Shown here in pieces: positions 26,330 through 39,280 of a stretch of 64,000 nt of DNA. The stretch is taken from the NCBI GenBank assembly GCA_030141605.1, contig JAQGDQ010000840.1:24856-88855 (forward strand), written 5' to 3'. The position numbers and the translations under genes were made by a program. Below the pieces are notes generated by a model that saw only the letters and a list, made by a program, of their open reading frames with translations, was not told the DNA's origin and searched no databases. The DNA comes from Tubiluchus corallicola. Taxonomy: Eukaryota; Animalia; Priapulida. Numbering within the stretch: position 1 is the stretch's first letter; each line of letters starts with the position of its first letter.

Positions 26330-27560
26330 ATTACGCAAGACTGTCTGTCAAGATTGCCTAACTTATCTTTATTGTTTGAGGTAGCGTTGGTACACCTGCA
26401 CTTTCTTACCTGCTCATTTCATGCAAAACTTTCCCACTGGGTTCTAGCTATTTATTAATTAATTAATAATGAAATAATTATTTAATATTATATGATTAGA
26501 TATAGCAGCGATTATGACCTGAAAGCTAATAAACAGAAAGTTTTTTCAAATGGTGGCAAGAAAATACCCATACTTAATCAGTACAGGTAACAGTATAATG
26601 TAATTCGATAAAATTGTAAAAATAATAGTTCAGAAGATCACGACTATTAATTAAAATAATTATTAACAATTTAGGCCTTTTAAGCAACTAAGCAGTCGGT
26701 AGGTAGGTAAACAGGCAGTTTGGCAGGTATTTAGGTAAGTAGGTGGGCAAGTACGTACATAGGCAGGTAGAAAGGCAGATAGATAGATAGTTGAAAAGGT
26801 ACAGTAATTATGGTCATAAATATGATATATTTCTTATACAATATAAGTCTTTTATTGTTGATTAAATGATATTTTTTAATTGCTGTTTGTATTGTTTGAT
26901 TATAAATCGAAAAAGTAGTTCTTTTTTTACTTTTCTCTTTCCACCCAAAAGTGCCCAGCTTCCAGTTTAAATATTCTTTTTGTAAGAAGTTTTATTCCTT
27001 AATAACTCTCATAAACATGATCTATATCTCAAAGCTATTATTTTACAAGTGTAATTCACCACTTTATCAAGCGCCAGGTTACTTGTGTAAGATTACAGGT
27101 CCATAAACTAACAGGTCCGCTCAAGGTAACGCAGGTACATCTGTACTTTATCACCTGCTCGTTTCATGCAAAACTTTTCCATTAGTTCAAGTTACGTACC
27201 CAGTTATTAGCCCAGAAGGCCAGTAAAAGTAGAGCTTGTTTGCACTTTAGTCAGAAAGTAACTATATTCAGTTAATGCATGAATTAGTATATTGCAATCT
27301 CATTAAATTAAAAAACATTTTAATGATCATAACTGATAACTACAAAGAATAATTTTAGGCCTACTAAACGTGAAAGTAAACAAAACTTAAGCAGGCAGGC
27401 AGGTAGACAGGTAGTTAAGTAGTTAGGTAGGTATGTTGCTGGCAAGGTATGTAGGTAGGCACGCCGGTAGGCACGCAGGTAACTAGGTAGGTCGGAAAGT
27501 AGTTGGGTGGACGTGTAGATATGTTTGGCCTTCGGTAAGTAAGTAGGTGAGTGAGTGAGT
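26330..27560. repeat. Old ~750-bp tandem duplication, each unit with a (GTAG/GCAG)n tract
   Basis: CCTGCTCRTTTCATGCAAAACTTTYCC at ~26409 and ~27154; TTTAGGCCT followed by GTAG-rich tracts at ~26670 and ~27354. Confidence 0.65.
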
Positions 27561-28325
27561 AAAATTATATACATAATTAAATTGTGTCTAACAAAGAAAA
27601 ATAATCGCAATAATTATTTAATTTTTTAAAAATTTAATTCACAATGATTCACTTTGATTAACAGAAGACGCTGATTGTAGCAAACAGCAGGATATCCCAT
27701 CTGTTCACTGCAGCAAATAAATGAATTATTTCCAGTAAAATTGTTGGCCCTACTTCTTTACCTATTTCTCAGCCTTTCGCATGTTATTACTGTGAATTAC
27801 AGAAGTGTTTATTCGTTTTCAAACAAACATTATAAAATCACATTTTGCTTGTGGATGATTGTGAATGTTTTATAACAATAAAAACGATTAGAACATCAAA
27901 GTAATCTATACAGAATGTTTATAGCCTACAAGGAATCATGCAATGTGTTGTTATGTGTTATTTGTATGTATTACAAATCACTAAAGTAACTTCAGTTGTA
28001 CCCACTCGATCTTCTGTGTCATACATAAAAATTCGATCCACCCCACTTTCTCCACCACGGGGTCACGAACATGGATTCACCGCCAACTTTATCTCACACG
28101 TAACACTTTTTCTATAAGGAAATTGCATCAGTTCATCCACAAGCGAATTCTGATAAGTAATGTTGTTAGTTTAGACAAAGAATTCTAGTTTACTGGAAGA
28201 AAGAGAAGAAACAGAAAATGTACATATGAGTGAATTCAGCATTTTTCCTGCAAAAGATTTTGGTTTTGTTGCACAAGCAGAAGGAAGGTAAACAAAGGAA
28301 AACAACATTCAGAGAAGCACACTTA

Positions 28326-28815
28326 CGGTGTTCCCTCGCTACTTCCCGGTTCGTTTATCGCGGACTCGCTGTTTCGCGGGTTTTCAAAAATATTAATGTG
28401 AAATATTTATCGCGGTAGTTTCGCGGGTTTTTCCGGTACTCCGTCTAAAGTATTTTTGCACATGCGTAGTACGTATTGTACAGTAAGTAGAGATTTGATG
28501 AATTTTGCGTAAATAAATCACAAAATGTATAAAAATATATTAAAAATATTAATTTTACCATTAAGAGAATATTCTAAATCATAAAAAAATTACCATTAAC
28601 AGTAAATAGTGTATTTATTCGGCGGATGAATACATACCAAAAATGAAATGTAGTACTTGCGCCAGCTTGAGATGCTACTTGCTGACGTGAGATTGTACAC
28701 AACACACAATTGGCTGATTATAGAGTAAGTATAAAATAAGTATAGCGTCCGTACTTCGAGGAAATTCACTTATCGTGGTGACCTGGAATGGAACGCGATA
28801 AGTGAGGGAACACTG
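28326..28815. mobile_element. Tc1/mariner (pogo/Tigger-like) MITE, 490 bp
   Basis: TA|CGGTGTTCCCTC ... GAGGGAACACTG|TA: terminal inverted repeats with a TA target-site duplication. Confidence 0.85.
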
Positions 28816-28949
28816 TACTTGTAAATGCAACACCTGGCGAGATTAGTTTCACTAAAGATTAAAGTATTCATTATATATTTGAATATTGCTTTTTTATTTT
28901 TTTTACGGCAACAGAATTAGGAATATCATCAACACAATAAAAACACAGC

Positions 28950-29500
28950 TACACAGTTCCAATCCTTGCAAACAGCCCAAACACTGATGGAAGTTTCATT
29001 TGTCAGTGTAGCAGTAGAGCAATTGATGTGAGCGAATCAAATGCTGCTGTTGCTATTTGCTCAGGTAAAAGATTCAGGTAAACAGCTGGTTTTAAAATAG
29101 CTGAACAGCAGTTTGCAATTTTCAAAACTCAAAAAATTGCATTTGCAGAAGTGAATGAATGTGACGCTAGTAACCATGCTTATGATTGTGAATCAATGAT
29201 TGATGGAAGTTTTACTTGTCAGCACATTGGAGAAGTAGTTGATGTGACTGAATCAAATGCTTCAGAAACTTTTAGCTCAGGTAATGTTTAGATTACATAC
29301 TGGGCCTACACACATATTTACAATATTTTAAAACTTTGTCTGTAAATAAAAATGTAAATTAATAAACTTATACATTATAGATGAAGATAAATTTGATAAT
29401 AATTTAATCTAAATTTTTTTTATTTTAGATAATGCGACATTTTAAAACTACATGTATTTGATCCATTAACGAATGTCCGCACTTCCCCTCAAGAAGGTTA
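28950..29500 (+). pseudogene. Decayed calcium-binding EGF-like exons
   Basis: Translations NTDGSFICQCSSRAIDVSESNAAVAICS|GTAAAA and AG|(E)VNECDASNHAYDCESMIDGSFTCQHIGEVVDVTESNASETFSS|GTAATG, plus INEC near 29465. Phase-1 boundaries, missing cysteines and an apparent frameshift. Confidence 0.55.
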
Positions 29501-30899
29501 TTAAAAGTTTGCTAATAATTATTTATATTTTTATTTTTGTTTGGTGTGCACTTTAATGTTTACATCTAATGCGCCCAATCGCGTTTTTATGACATTTTTA
29601 AACGTAGGAGTCGTAATAAGAAACAGAAATTATTATACGAGCCACTTTTACTGCCGCGGTGCAGCTGCAAAGATTGTTCATATTGGTGCTACAAATTATG
29701 GAAGATTTTGCACTAGCTGCATATTCCAGATTGGCAATAATATGTGAAAGTATTTTCCCGTTTTCTTTTTTGGCTTAAATTAATTTGCGATATAATTGTT
29801 TTAATTTGCATCCAGTCCACATTGACTAAAATTTATCAGGAAAAATTTGCATTTTAAAGTTTTTTCCGTCGCTTGCATCACTGTAAATTTACTTATTATG
29901 TATGGGATCAGTCCACCCCTCGACTAAAGTTTAATGTAAACAACCTGCTGTGCCAGACAATGCTCGAGGACCAAAAAAAATGTGGTTAAATAAAGAATTA
30001 GATATGAAGTCTTCAAAGATACGTAAATGAAACGTTTATTAAAATGATGGCTGTGAAAATTAATATCTAACTGTGGTGCGCTTAGTTATTAATAATAATG
30101 CCGAATAATAATAATTGTTATTATGAAAAATTACTTAGCTATTTCAGCATGAACACATTTCTCGAAACAAAAATGTTTAACACTGGTTGCAGTAATTTAA
30201 TTATTTATTCAGGTTAAAATCCATTTTATATGACAGAATGCATCAAAAATCGGGTCAAATGTCAATTTTTTGTTTATTTTTAAAAACAAATGCTAATCTT
30301 AATGGATGTTTATATTCTATTAATAGTATTATTTTATATAAAGTTATTCCACCATAAGTGAAACTCAATCATCGTATCGTATGCGCAGAGCAGATTGTCG
30401 TAATGTGCTAAGCAATTATATCGAAATCGGCGATCACTCTGTGTAAACCAAGCAGGACTTGAATTCTAAAAGAGCGCTACTTGTGTTTTTCTGTAAGGTA
30501 GATTGCTGTTTAGGTGGTTCTTTTTTAAGGCACTCTCACATCGCCTGAATCAGAAATACCGCTGAAGGCACGACTGCCATAGAAAGATGCATCCTTTACC
30601 TGCACACTGATGTAAAGAAAAGTTGAAACATACTTCCTATTTATAAAAACTTACTGTTAACATTGTGAGAATTGACTAAGATTGAATGATTTCATGGAAT
30701 ATTTTCATTTGGAAGTTAGCGGACAGCAATATTTTTATTTACTGCTGTGCCACAACCTAAAAGGAAATCTCTTCACAAATAAAGAACCAAATTGTAAACT
30801 TACAGAAAAGTTAAAAAGAACTTCAGGTGAATTTCCTCAATGTGCGCCATTTTCCAACATCTGTTGGTGCCAGCATGTGGCGTACTCTTCCAGCGTTGT

Positions 30900-31365
30900 T
30901 TTGTAACTTTTTTCTCTTCCGAAATGTGAAGTAACCGCACAAATGTTGGTTGCTATGGACTTTTGCAGGAGCACATTGAAGTTATGTTTAAATCCAGTAG
31001 ATGGCTCTTTCTGATGAACATCTGGGCTTGGCAACATCAAAAACCTGTTCGCAAAATGACAGCTTCCAGGAGCTACAGTTGGAGTTTGAAAATAAGAGTT
31101 TCTTACAATTGCAGTACTAGTTTCTAGATAGAAAAGTGGGTAAGGAGTGAGTTACAAAATAAAATTTTCAATGTTTTTTAACACTTTTTTGACAATTTGA
31201 GTGCTAGAATATGAAAGTCCATATATATATTTGGCAGTGGTTTTTACAAAATACGAAAATACGAAACATTTGACAAAATTTTTGGGTCATTCTAGGTTGA
31301 AGCACCATAACGTTATTTTAACTATGCCGAATTTAGGATGATTTTGCTTTGCAAGCACATATGTA
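30900..31365 (+). mobile_element. Fragment of a dispersed non-autonomous DNA-element family (also 43195-43932 and 62936-63607)
   Basis: Shares GGTTGCTATGGA, GTTATGTTTAAATC..GTAGATGGCTCT and TAGTTTCTAGATAGAAAAGTGGGTAAGGAGT with 63199-63400; both end in CACATATG. Confidence 0.75.
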
Positions 31366-31965
31366 ACACTTTACTCAGCCTCAGCTTCTTCAACAGCCTT
31401 TCTGTAACTTCTTTTCTCTTTTGAGTATATGGAAAATTCTCGGTTAACGACGCTAATGTGTTCCAGCAAAATATGTCGTTGAACGAAACGTCACTAACCG
31501 AAACATTCTTTTCCATAAGAAACAATGTAAAAACATTCAGTTATAAAAACGTCCAGATGCAAAAATCATTATTGATTGGTTATGCAGAAACTTTCAGTTA
31601 CTTGCAGTGGGGCAAAACCACTAAGCGGGGCAACCGGAAAATCATTATCGTTTGGTTCATAAACTAAACACTCTATATTGTTTGTTGCTCACAGTTCTAC
31701 AGCGTTTCTTTAATTAAAATATTACTAATTATACTAGTTTTGTGCTTGTGATAGTTAAAGTGCAAATGAGCTGGCCCTAGACTTTGGAATAACATCAACG
31801 AATACATTAAAAATTGTTTATCTATAAATAACTTCAAAAGAAATTTCAAAAGTGAAATCTTTTCTAATTATACAGAATAAATCAATTTGATTAATTACTC
31901 TGCTGTCCATGTTGGAATCCATTGCAATGCCGGCTATGTCAATTTTTACATTTCTATAGTTCACG

Positions 31966-32390
31966 TTACTTCATACAGATACCATCACATCTTTCTCCTT
32001 CTTTCTATTCTCTATTAACCTTTCTTTCTACTCCTTTACTGTTCTTTTCTACTTCACTCAGTCCACATTCATTACTTCATACAGATACCATCACATCTTT
32101 CTCCTTCTTTCTATTCTCTATTAACCTTTCTTTCTACTCCTTTACTGTTCTTTTCTACTACACTCAATCCACATTCATTACTTCATACAGATACCATCAC
32201 ATCTTTCTCCTTCTTTCTATTCTCTATTAACCTTTCCTTCTACTCCTTTACTACTCTTTTCTACTACACTCAGTCCACATTCATTACTTCATACAGATAC
32301 CATCACATCTTTCTCCTTCTTTCTATTCTCTATTAACCTTTCTTTCTACTCATTTACTGCTCTTTTCTACTACACTCAATCCACATTCAT
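31966..32390. repeat. ~106-bp pyrimidine-rich tandem repeat, 4 copies
   Basis: TTACTTCATACAGATACCATCACATC recurs at about 31966, 32072, 32178 and 32284. Confidence 0.92.
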
Positions 32391-32715
32391 TTAGGGTACT
32401 CTAAACAAGTAATTACTTCTTGAGTACCCCACGGGTCATTTGCAGCTTGGCATCTTGTGTACATGATAATAAATATATCGTGGATATATTTAATAAATTT
32501 AATTTAATTTAATTTAAAAAAAATGTAGTAATTAACAATGTAGTAGGGGAGAGTTTTATCAGCTGAAACTTTTGCATTTTATCAAGAAGAATTTTATCTG
32601 AACTGGGAAAACAATGAATCATCGTGGCTTGTCTATGGCTGTAGTTGATTGTCTGCTGTCCATTTAGTTGCGCGATGGTGATCTGGGTTAAATGGCAGGC
32701 TTCTTGTAGAGTATT

Positions 32716-32843
32716 AGTGCAGTGAGTAAGATGTTAGTGTTTAAAGTAAGGGAAAGATTGTGCAGTAAGTAAGATGTTAGTGTTTAAAGTAAGGGAAAGA
32801 TAGTGCAGTAAGTAAGATGCTAGTGTTTAAAGTAAGGGAAAGA
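32716..32843. repeat. ~41-bp tandem repeat, 3 copies
   Basis: GTGCAGTAAGTAAGATGTTAGTGTTTAAAGTAAGGGAAAGA. Confidence 0.88.
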
Positions 32844-32999
32844 AATTGTTAAAACGTAACATGCGATGATAAGCGAAAAAAGGGTGTCAAGCGATTAAAA
32901 GGTGTTAACTGTAAAATGAAACGTCTCTAAGTAGGGAGATGTTAACCGAGAATTTACTGCATTGGTATATACCTGTTACACACTAGCCAAAGCAAGAGT

Positions 33000-33000
<1 letters not shown>

Positions 33001-33033
<33 letters not shown>

Positions 33034-33290
33034 TTAATCTTTATTTAAAGTCGGCTTTGGGTCAACAATTAACATTAGCTCAAAGAGCTATTATCGCTGA
33101 CTGTAAATAACAACCTACAACTACATAACAGAGACTATTATTACCCCACTTTTACGCTAAATACCACGCATCAGGTAGGGCAACAGCAGGTACCATTTTT
33201 AAAGTCTTTGGTATGACCCGGCCGCTGGTTCGAGCTCATGACCTCCCAGACGGAAAGCAGACGCATTAGCACTAGACTAAACCGTTTGGT
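33001..33290 (-). mobile_element. tRNA-derived SINE with Meta/MESC-like core and (TTA)n tail
   Basis: Minus strand shows an A-box-like TAGTCTAGTGCTAA and B-box-like GAGCTCGAACC. These are followed by GGGTCATACCAAAGACTTTAAAAATGGTACCTGCTG (resembles the MetaSINE central domain, from recall), then AATAAA and a (TTA)n tail. Confidence 0.7.
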
Positions 33291-33742
33291 TTCAGCAGAA
33301 ATAAATGGAATCCTTGCATTTTTCTTCTTTTTTCTCACCTTACACAATGGACACAGTTGCAAACTGTGGGCTTCAAATTCGCTTTCACATGACGCGTGTA
33401 TTGACATGTAGTAGAGTAGATATTGAATGTACGTGTCTTTAAAAATAGTTTGTAAGTACGAAAATGGCAGACAGCAACAAAAGCCATGAAAAACTTTATA
33501 GGCTAAATCTCAGTACTGCAATGTTTGTAAAACGCGGCTAAAACACCAAAAAAACTGCCGCAAAAGATGAATCGTGACATCGAATTGCAAGAACGTGAAT
33601 TGCAGAAGATTTCAAAATTGCTCATCACCAATACGAGAAATGCTTATCACACTTTTATTACTAAATCAGTCTAACATTTTTCACGAACATTGAAATAAGC
33701 ATAACTTTCCAGAATGCTTTGGATTTCCTTTGAAGTAACCAT

Positions 33743-33789
33743 CAGGGCCGGCCTTAGGTAATTGGAGGCCCTAGGCTAAGTGAATTTGG

Positions 33790-33880
<91 letters not shown>

Positions 33881-33987
33881 GCAGTATGTTCGCATAAAGC
33901 AAAAAAATGTTACCTCGGCGTGAGGCCCCCCTGGAGGGTGAGGCCCTAACCGGTTGCCTAGTTTGCCTATGCTTAAGGCCGGCCCTG
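33743..33987. mobile_element. hAT-like MITE with internal (GA)n, 245 bp
   Basis: 14-bp perfect TIR CAGGGCCGGCCTTA / TAAGGCCGGCCCTG flanked by the direct repeat TAACCAT (7 bp, or 8 bp GTAACCAT if the terminal G is shared). Confidence 0.88.
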
Positions 33988-34147
33988 TAACCATATTTCT
34001 GTTGCAAATGTAAATGTTTTCCAAGTTAAGCTTAGACTAAATTCGCTAATACCTATTATTATTCTGCCTTCCAGGTTTTCATCCCATGAAAGATCTTCAT
34101 CTGCCAACTTTTCTCCATTTATAAACAGTTGTCATTGGTGATTGAAC

Positions 34148-34199
34148 AAAATGGCCGTCAGGGGGCGTGAATCGAGTATAACAATCTACAAGATGGCGG
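34148..34199 (+). promoter_or_regulatory. Two YY1-type motifs (AAAATGGCCG, CAAGATGGCGG) upstream of ZF gene 1
   Basis: Match to the YY1/Pho consensus AAnATGGCGG, which is common near transcription starts. Confidence 0.45.
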
Positions 34200-34293
34200 A
34201 AGCGTTCACACGGAAGCCACATCTGATTGCGATTCATCCAGCTGTGAATTGTCTACGCAGGTGATTGAGAAGTTGACTGAAATCTGATCAGCT

Positions 34294-35754
34294 ATGGGTG
34301 CCGTCGTTGATGAAGCTGTAATAAAAGATGACGAAGACTGTAAAAGAGACACCAGAGAGTCATTGCCAGCATCTGATGAAGCCAGAAGTTCTCATTTTCA
34401 AACTCAGGACCGAACATTAATGAATTCTGAGATATCTAGCGCATCAACTGGTTTTTCTGCTGTGTTGTGTCCAAACACGGCATCTAGACGTCTTAAATGC
34501 GGTTACTGTCAGTTAGCAAATTTTCGAAGTAAATGCGAGTTAAAAACGCACATGAGAAATCATGCCAGTAAGAAACCATTTAAATGTGGCGAATGCAGCG
34601 CAGTTTTTGCATGGTCATCTTCGTTAAAATCACATCTAAAGATTCATAGTGGTAAGAAGCCTTTTAAGTGTAAGCAGTGTGAATCCGCTTTCTCTCGGGC
34701 GTCTTATTTAAGACAACACATGCAATCACACAGTGGTGAAAAACCATTTAAATGTGATCGGTGTGATGTAGCTTTTTCTCGTTCAAGGTCACTGAAACTG
34801 CATTTGCTAAAACATGCAGGAAAAGCACCTTTTAAGTGTGATCAATGTAATGCCGCCTTTGTCTCTTCAAATAGTTTAATAAAACATCTGCCGTCCCACG
34901 TGGGTCAAGAACCTTACAAGTGCAATCAGTGTGAATGCGTTTTTAAGAGATTACTAAGTTTAAAACGACATCTGAAGACTCATTTAGGTGTAAAGCCATT
35001 TAAATGTCAGCTGTGTGATGCTGCTTACACCGAGTCGGGAAGCCTGAAGCGACATTTGAGAGCTCACACAGGAGAAAGGCCTTTTCATTGTGATCGGTGT
35101 GATGCTTCCTTTGCTGAATCGGGGCACTTGAAACAACATCTTGCTACACACACTGGAGAAAAGCCTTACTTGTGCAACGAGTGTGGGGCTACGTTCGCTC
35201 GATCGGACGGTTTAAGATATCACCTGATTGCTCATTCAAAGAAAGTTAACTGTGGTGATCCTACTGTTATTCTGTCCAGCAATTTAAGACAACGTGATGC
35301 GACTCTGATGCGTTTCAAATGTCAACTGTGTACGGCTGCTTTCTTTCGGCCAAGTCACTTAAAACAACATCTGAGAACTCATACGGGAGAAAAACCTTAT
35401 AAGTGTACTCAGTGTAGCAGTTGTTTCACTGCATCAAGCAGTTTAAAACAGCATCTGAAAATTCATTCCGGCGAGAAGCCGTTTAAATGTGACCACTGCG
35501 ACAAAGCTTTCACAGCATCCAGTGATTTAAATAAACATCGCAGAAGCCATACAGGGGAGAGGCCTTACAAGTGTAGCTTGTGTGATGCTGCCTTTAGCAG
35601 ATTAGGGCATTTGAAGCAGCATTTAAGGATTCACACTGGAGAAAAGCCATTTAAGTGTAGTCATTGTGGTGCTGCTTTTACTCAGTCGGGCAATTTGAAG
35701 CGGCATTTACTTGGTCATCAATCGTCATTCACTGGAAAGGTAGATGATTTCTGA
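34294..35754 (+). CDS. C2H2 zinc-finger protein, 486 aa, 14 fingers plus 1 degenerate
   Basis: Tandem CxxC-x12-HxxxH with TGEKPF/Y linkers; single ORF; splice-acceptor-like AG at 34073 and 34260. Confidence 0.93.
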   Translation: MGAVVDEAVIKDDEDCKRDTRESLPASDEARSSHFQTQDRTLMNSEISSASTGFSAVLCPNTASRRLKCGYCQLANFRSKCELKTHMRNHASKKPFKCGECSAVFAWSSSLKSHLKIHSGKKPFKCKQCESAFSRASYLRQHMQSHSGEKPFKCDRCDVAFSRSRSLKLHLLKHAGKAPFKCDQCNAAFVSSNSLIKHLPSHVGQEPYKCNQCECVFKRLLSLKRHLKTHLGVKPFKCQLCDAAYTESGSLKRHLRAHTGERPFHCDRCDASFAESGHLKQHLATHTGEKPYLCNECGATFARSDGLRYHLIAHSKKVNCGDPTVILSSNLRQRDATLMRFKCQLCTAAFFRPSHLKQHLRTHTGEKPYKCTQCSSCFTASSSLKQHLKIHSGEKPFKCDHCDKAFTASSDLNKHRRSHTGERPYKCSLCDAAFSRLGHLKQHLRIHTGEKPFKCSHCGAAFTQSGNLKRHLLGHQSSFTGKVDDF

Positions 35755-35810
35755 ACTTGTCAATGACTTGTAGCTGGTAGAATTATTAGCCTTTATGAGT
35801 ATAAGCCGAA

Positions 35811-37300
35811 CCACAGTTTCGTTATGAGAATGAGCCTTTCCACAGTTTCGTTATGAGAATGAGCCTTTCCACAGTTTCGTTATGAGAATGAGCCTTTCCA
35901 CAGTTTCGTTATGAGAATGAGCCTTTCCACAGTTTCGTTATGAGAATGAGCCTTTCCACAGTTTCGTTATGAGAATGAGCCTTTCCACAGTTTCGTTATG
36001 AGAATGAGCCTTTCCACAGTTTCGTTATGAGAATGAGCCTTTCCACAGTTTCATTATGAGAATGAGTCTTTCCACAGTTTCGTTATGAGAATGAGCCTTT
36101 CCACAGTTTCGTCATGAGTATGAGCCTTTTCACAGTTTTGTTATGAGAATGAGCCTTTTCACAGTTTTGTTATGAGAATGAGCCTTTCCACAGTTTCGTT
36201 ATGAGAATGAGCCTTTCCACAGTTTTGTTATGAGAATGAGCCTTTCCACAGTTTTGTTATGAGAATGAGTCTTTCCACAGTTTCGTTATGAGAATGAGTC
36301 TTTCCACAGTTTCGTTATGAGAATGAGTCTTTCCACAGTTTCGTTATGAGAATGAGTCTTTCCACAGTTTCGTTATGAGAATGAGCCTTTCCACAGTTTC
36401 GTTATGAGAATGAGCCTTTCCACAGTTTCTTTATGTGAATGAGCCTTTCCACAGTTTTGTTATGAGAATGAGTCTTTCCACAGTTTCGTTATGAGAATGA
36501 GTCTTTCCACAGTTTCGTTATGAGAATGAGCCTTTCCACAGTTTCGTTATGAGAATGAGTCTTTCCACAGTTTCGTTATGAGAATGAGCCTTTCCACAGT
36601 TTTGTTATGAGAATGAGTCTTTCCACAGTTTCGTTATGAGAATGAGTCTTTCCACAGTTTCGTTATGAGAATGAGTCTTTCCACAGTTTCGTTATGAGAA
36701 TGAGTCTTTCCACAGTTTCGTTATGAGAATGAGCCTTTCCACAGTTTCGTTATGAGAATGAGCCTTTCCACAGTTTCTTTATGTGAATGAGCCTTTCCAC
36801 AGTTTTGTTATGAGAATGAGTCTTTCCACAGTTTCGTTATGAGAATGAGTCTTTCCACAGTTTCGTTATGAGAATGAGCCTTTCCACAGTTTCGTTATGA
36901 GAATGAGTCTTTCCACAGTTTCGTTATGAGAATGAGCCTTTCCACAGTTTCGTTATGAGAATGAGTCTTTCCACAGTTTCGTTATGAGAATGAGTCTTTC
37001 CACAGTTTCGTTATGAGAATGAGTCTTTCCACAGTTTAGTTATGAGAATGAGCCTTTCCACAGTTTCGTTATGAGAATGAGTCTTTCCACAGTTTCGTTA
37101 TGAGAATGAGCCTTTCCACAGTTTCGTTATGAGAATGAGTCTTTCCACAGTTTCGTTATGAGAATGAGCCTTTCCACAGTTTCGTTATGAGAATGAGCCT
37201 TTCCACAGTTTCGTTATGAGAATGAGTCTTTCCACAGTTTCATTATGAGTATAAGCCTTTCCACAGTTTCACTATGAGAATGAGCATTTTCAAAATTTCG
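35811..37300. repeat. 29-bp minisatellite, about 51 copies
   Basis: Unit CCACAGTTTCGTTATGAGAATGAGYCTTT, highly homogeneous. Confidence 0.97.
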
Positions 37301-37824
37301 TTGTGCACACATGCAGTTGCTGTAGGTCAAAGGTTAAGTGCACAATAGCGCCACATCTTAACGACAGTCTGTCTTTTGACATGTGGGTAAAACAAAGCCA
37401 AATTAAGTAATGTCAGTTGTTTTACATCTGGAAACTGTCAGCTGGAACTGTGAAAAAAAGTGATTAGTAGCCACCTGTTATGTGGATATATGCAAAGCAA
37501 AGTTGTTGCCTCACTAGTCTAATTTCTGCTGGAATGCGTTTGTATGATAAGCAATTTAAGTATCTCTGTTATTTTTATTGTTAATGTTCTCTTGATTAAA
37601 TTTCATCGACCAACTTGTCTCTGATGAGTGAATGTTTTTTTAAATTGTTTAATAATGACTTATCATTCAAAGAATTGTAGGTAATAATTACATTATTGTA
37701 ATTATGAATTTTGAAATCCGGAAGTGGAAAATTATTTATTGTATATAAGTTATAAAATATGCAAAAGGTGCAAGCTTGTTGATTGCCTCTATTTTGTGCT
37801 GACTAATTAATTTTAAATTATGAT

Positions 37825-37850
37825 TTTATTATTATTATTATTATTATTGA

Positions 37851-37887
<37 letters not shown>

Positions 37888-37971
37888 GATATTATATTAT
37901 TATTATTGATATTATTATTATTATTACTATTATTATTATTATTATTATTATATTATTATTATTGTTATTGA

Positions 37972-38019
<48 letters not shown>

Positions 38020-38056
38020 TATTATTATTATTATTATTATTGATATTATTATTATT
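37825..38056. repeat. (TAT)n microsatellite
   Basis: Read directly. Confidence 0.95.
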
Positions 38057-38939
38057 ATACTACTGTAGTGGCCTGGTCTGCAAGGCAAGAATTGGTCTGA
38101 ATTATACGAGATTATAAGAATACCACTGCAGCTATGATGCTCGTGTTTGTAAAAACTGTTTGATGAAATTTGAATAGACAAACCTAATTTTTTATGAGCA
38201 GAAAATATCAAAACTTATTGCAGTTCGTACATTTACTTACAGCAGTTAAACGTGGTTATAACGAGCCTCTCATAAAACCAACCTCCTTTACTCCCAAATT
38301 TTTAGAAAAATGAAATGTTGGTACATTTGCATATCCATGTATGTATTAATGCACTTCGTTATGATGCTAAACTCATTCTAAGTCCAACTTTTTGTAGTCA
38401 AAGAGGTTTGAACGTATTATTACTTCCCACTTCAATGTTAGTCTTGTGCTTATAGTTTTTGCGTATGTAGAATTTATGTTACTGATGTTAGGTAAAATTT
38501 ATCCGGTTTTTACATAAATAAACATTATTTCTCCCTTTTATATCACCGGTGTTTGAATGCTGATTGCTAGTTATCTTTCATATAACTTTTGTTTCCAGTG
38601 AAAATCGTATATTATATTGTGAATATTTGCATTTAAAAACAACACAAGTGTGTTAAAACTTTTACATTAAAAAGCTAAAATCATATCAAACGTTTCGACA
38701 GGCTGCTGCTGTCAATGAAAATTGAAACTACATATTTGTGAGATATTTTATAAAATTAAAGAAAAATAAAGAAAATCATAAAACAGAACACCAATGGTGA
38801 GATAAGCCACAAGTGAAGTTAAGGTTCTTATAGCTGACTAGATGACGTACCAATTGTTATTTTGCGCTTTTTTCAAATTATTATGTTTCATAACTGTATG
38901 TGCATTGCAAGATAAAAAAGAGAATATACATTACATACG

Positions 38940-39280
38940 AGACAAACCAAAACAGCGCATAACAAATGACGCGAGATGAGGTGAAAGGGGTAGTGGAAAT
39001 TAAGTAAAATATTTATGTTGCTACTTAAGAAAAATACAAAGGTTGATATAAGCAAGATTTGATGTGTCGTATGTGGAAAATATGAGAAGATACGACTGAG
39101 CATCTGTCTGAATTTGAGGTAATTAAAAGAAATTAACCAAACCAAGATAAAAGTTTCAAGATGTGTGTATCTCAGAGGATCTGCAAATCTTAAGGCAAAT
39201 GCTTGAAAGAATGCAAATGGCGGTGGATATGTTTAAAAATAAATTTGGAGACGATATTAAGAAAAGGAGACTAAACGAAA
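38940..39280 (+). mobile_element. Possible decayed non-LTR retrotransposon ORF2 C-terminal fragment
   Basis: Purine-rich, with a frameshifted CxxC..EDTTEHL-like motif at ~39064-39110. Confidence 0.3.

Noticed and set aside
33200-33290. Functional tRNA gene
   Set aside because: A/B boxes are degenerate, there is no clean cloverleaf, and it runs into a SINE core and tail.
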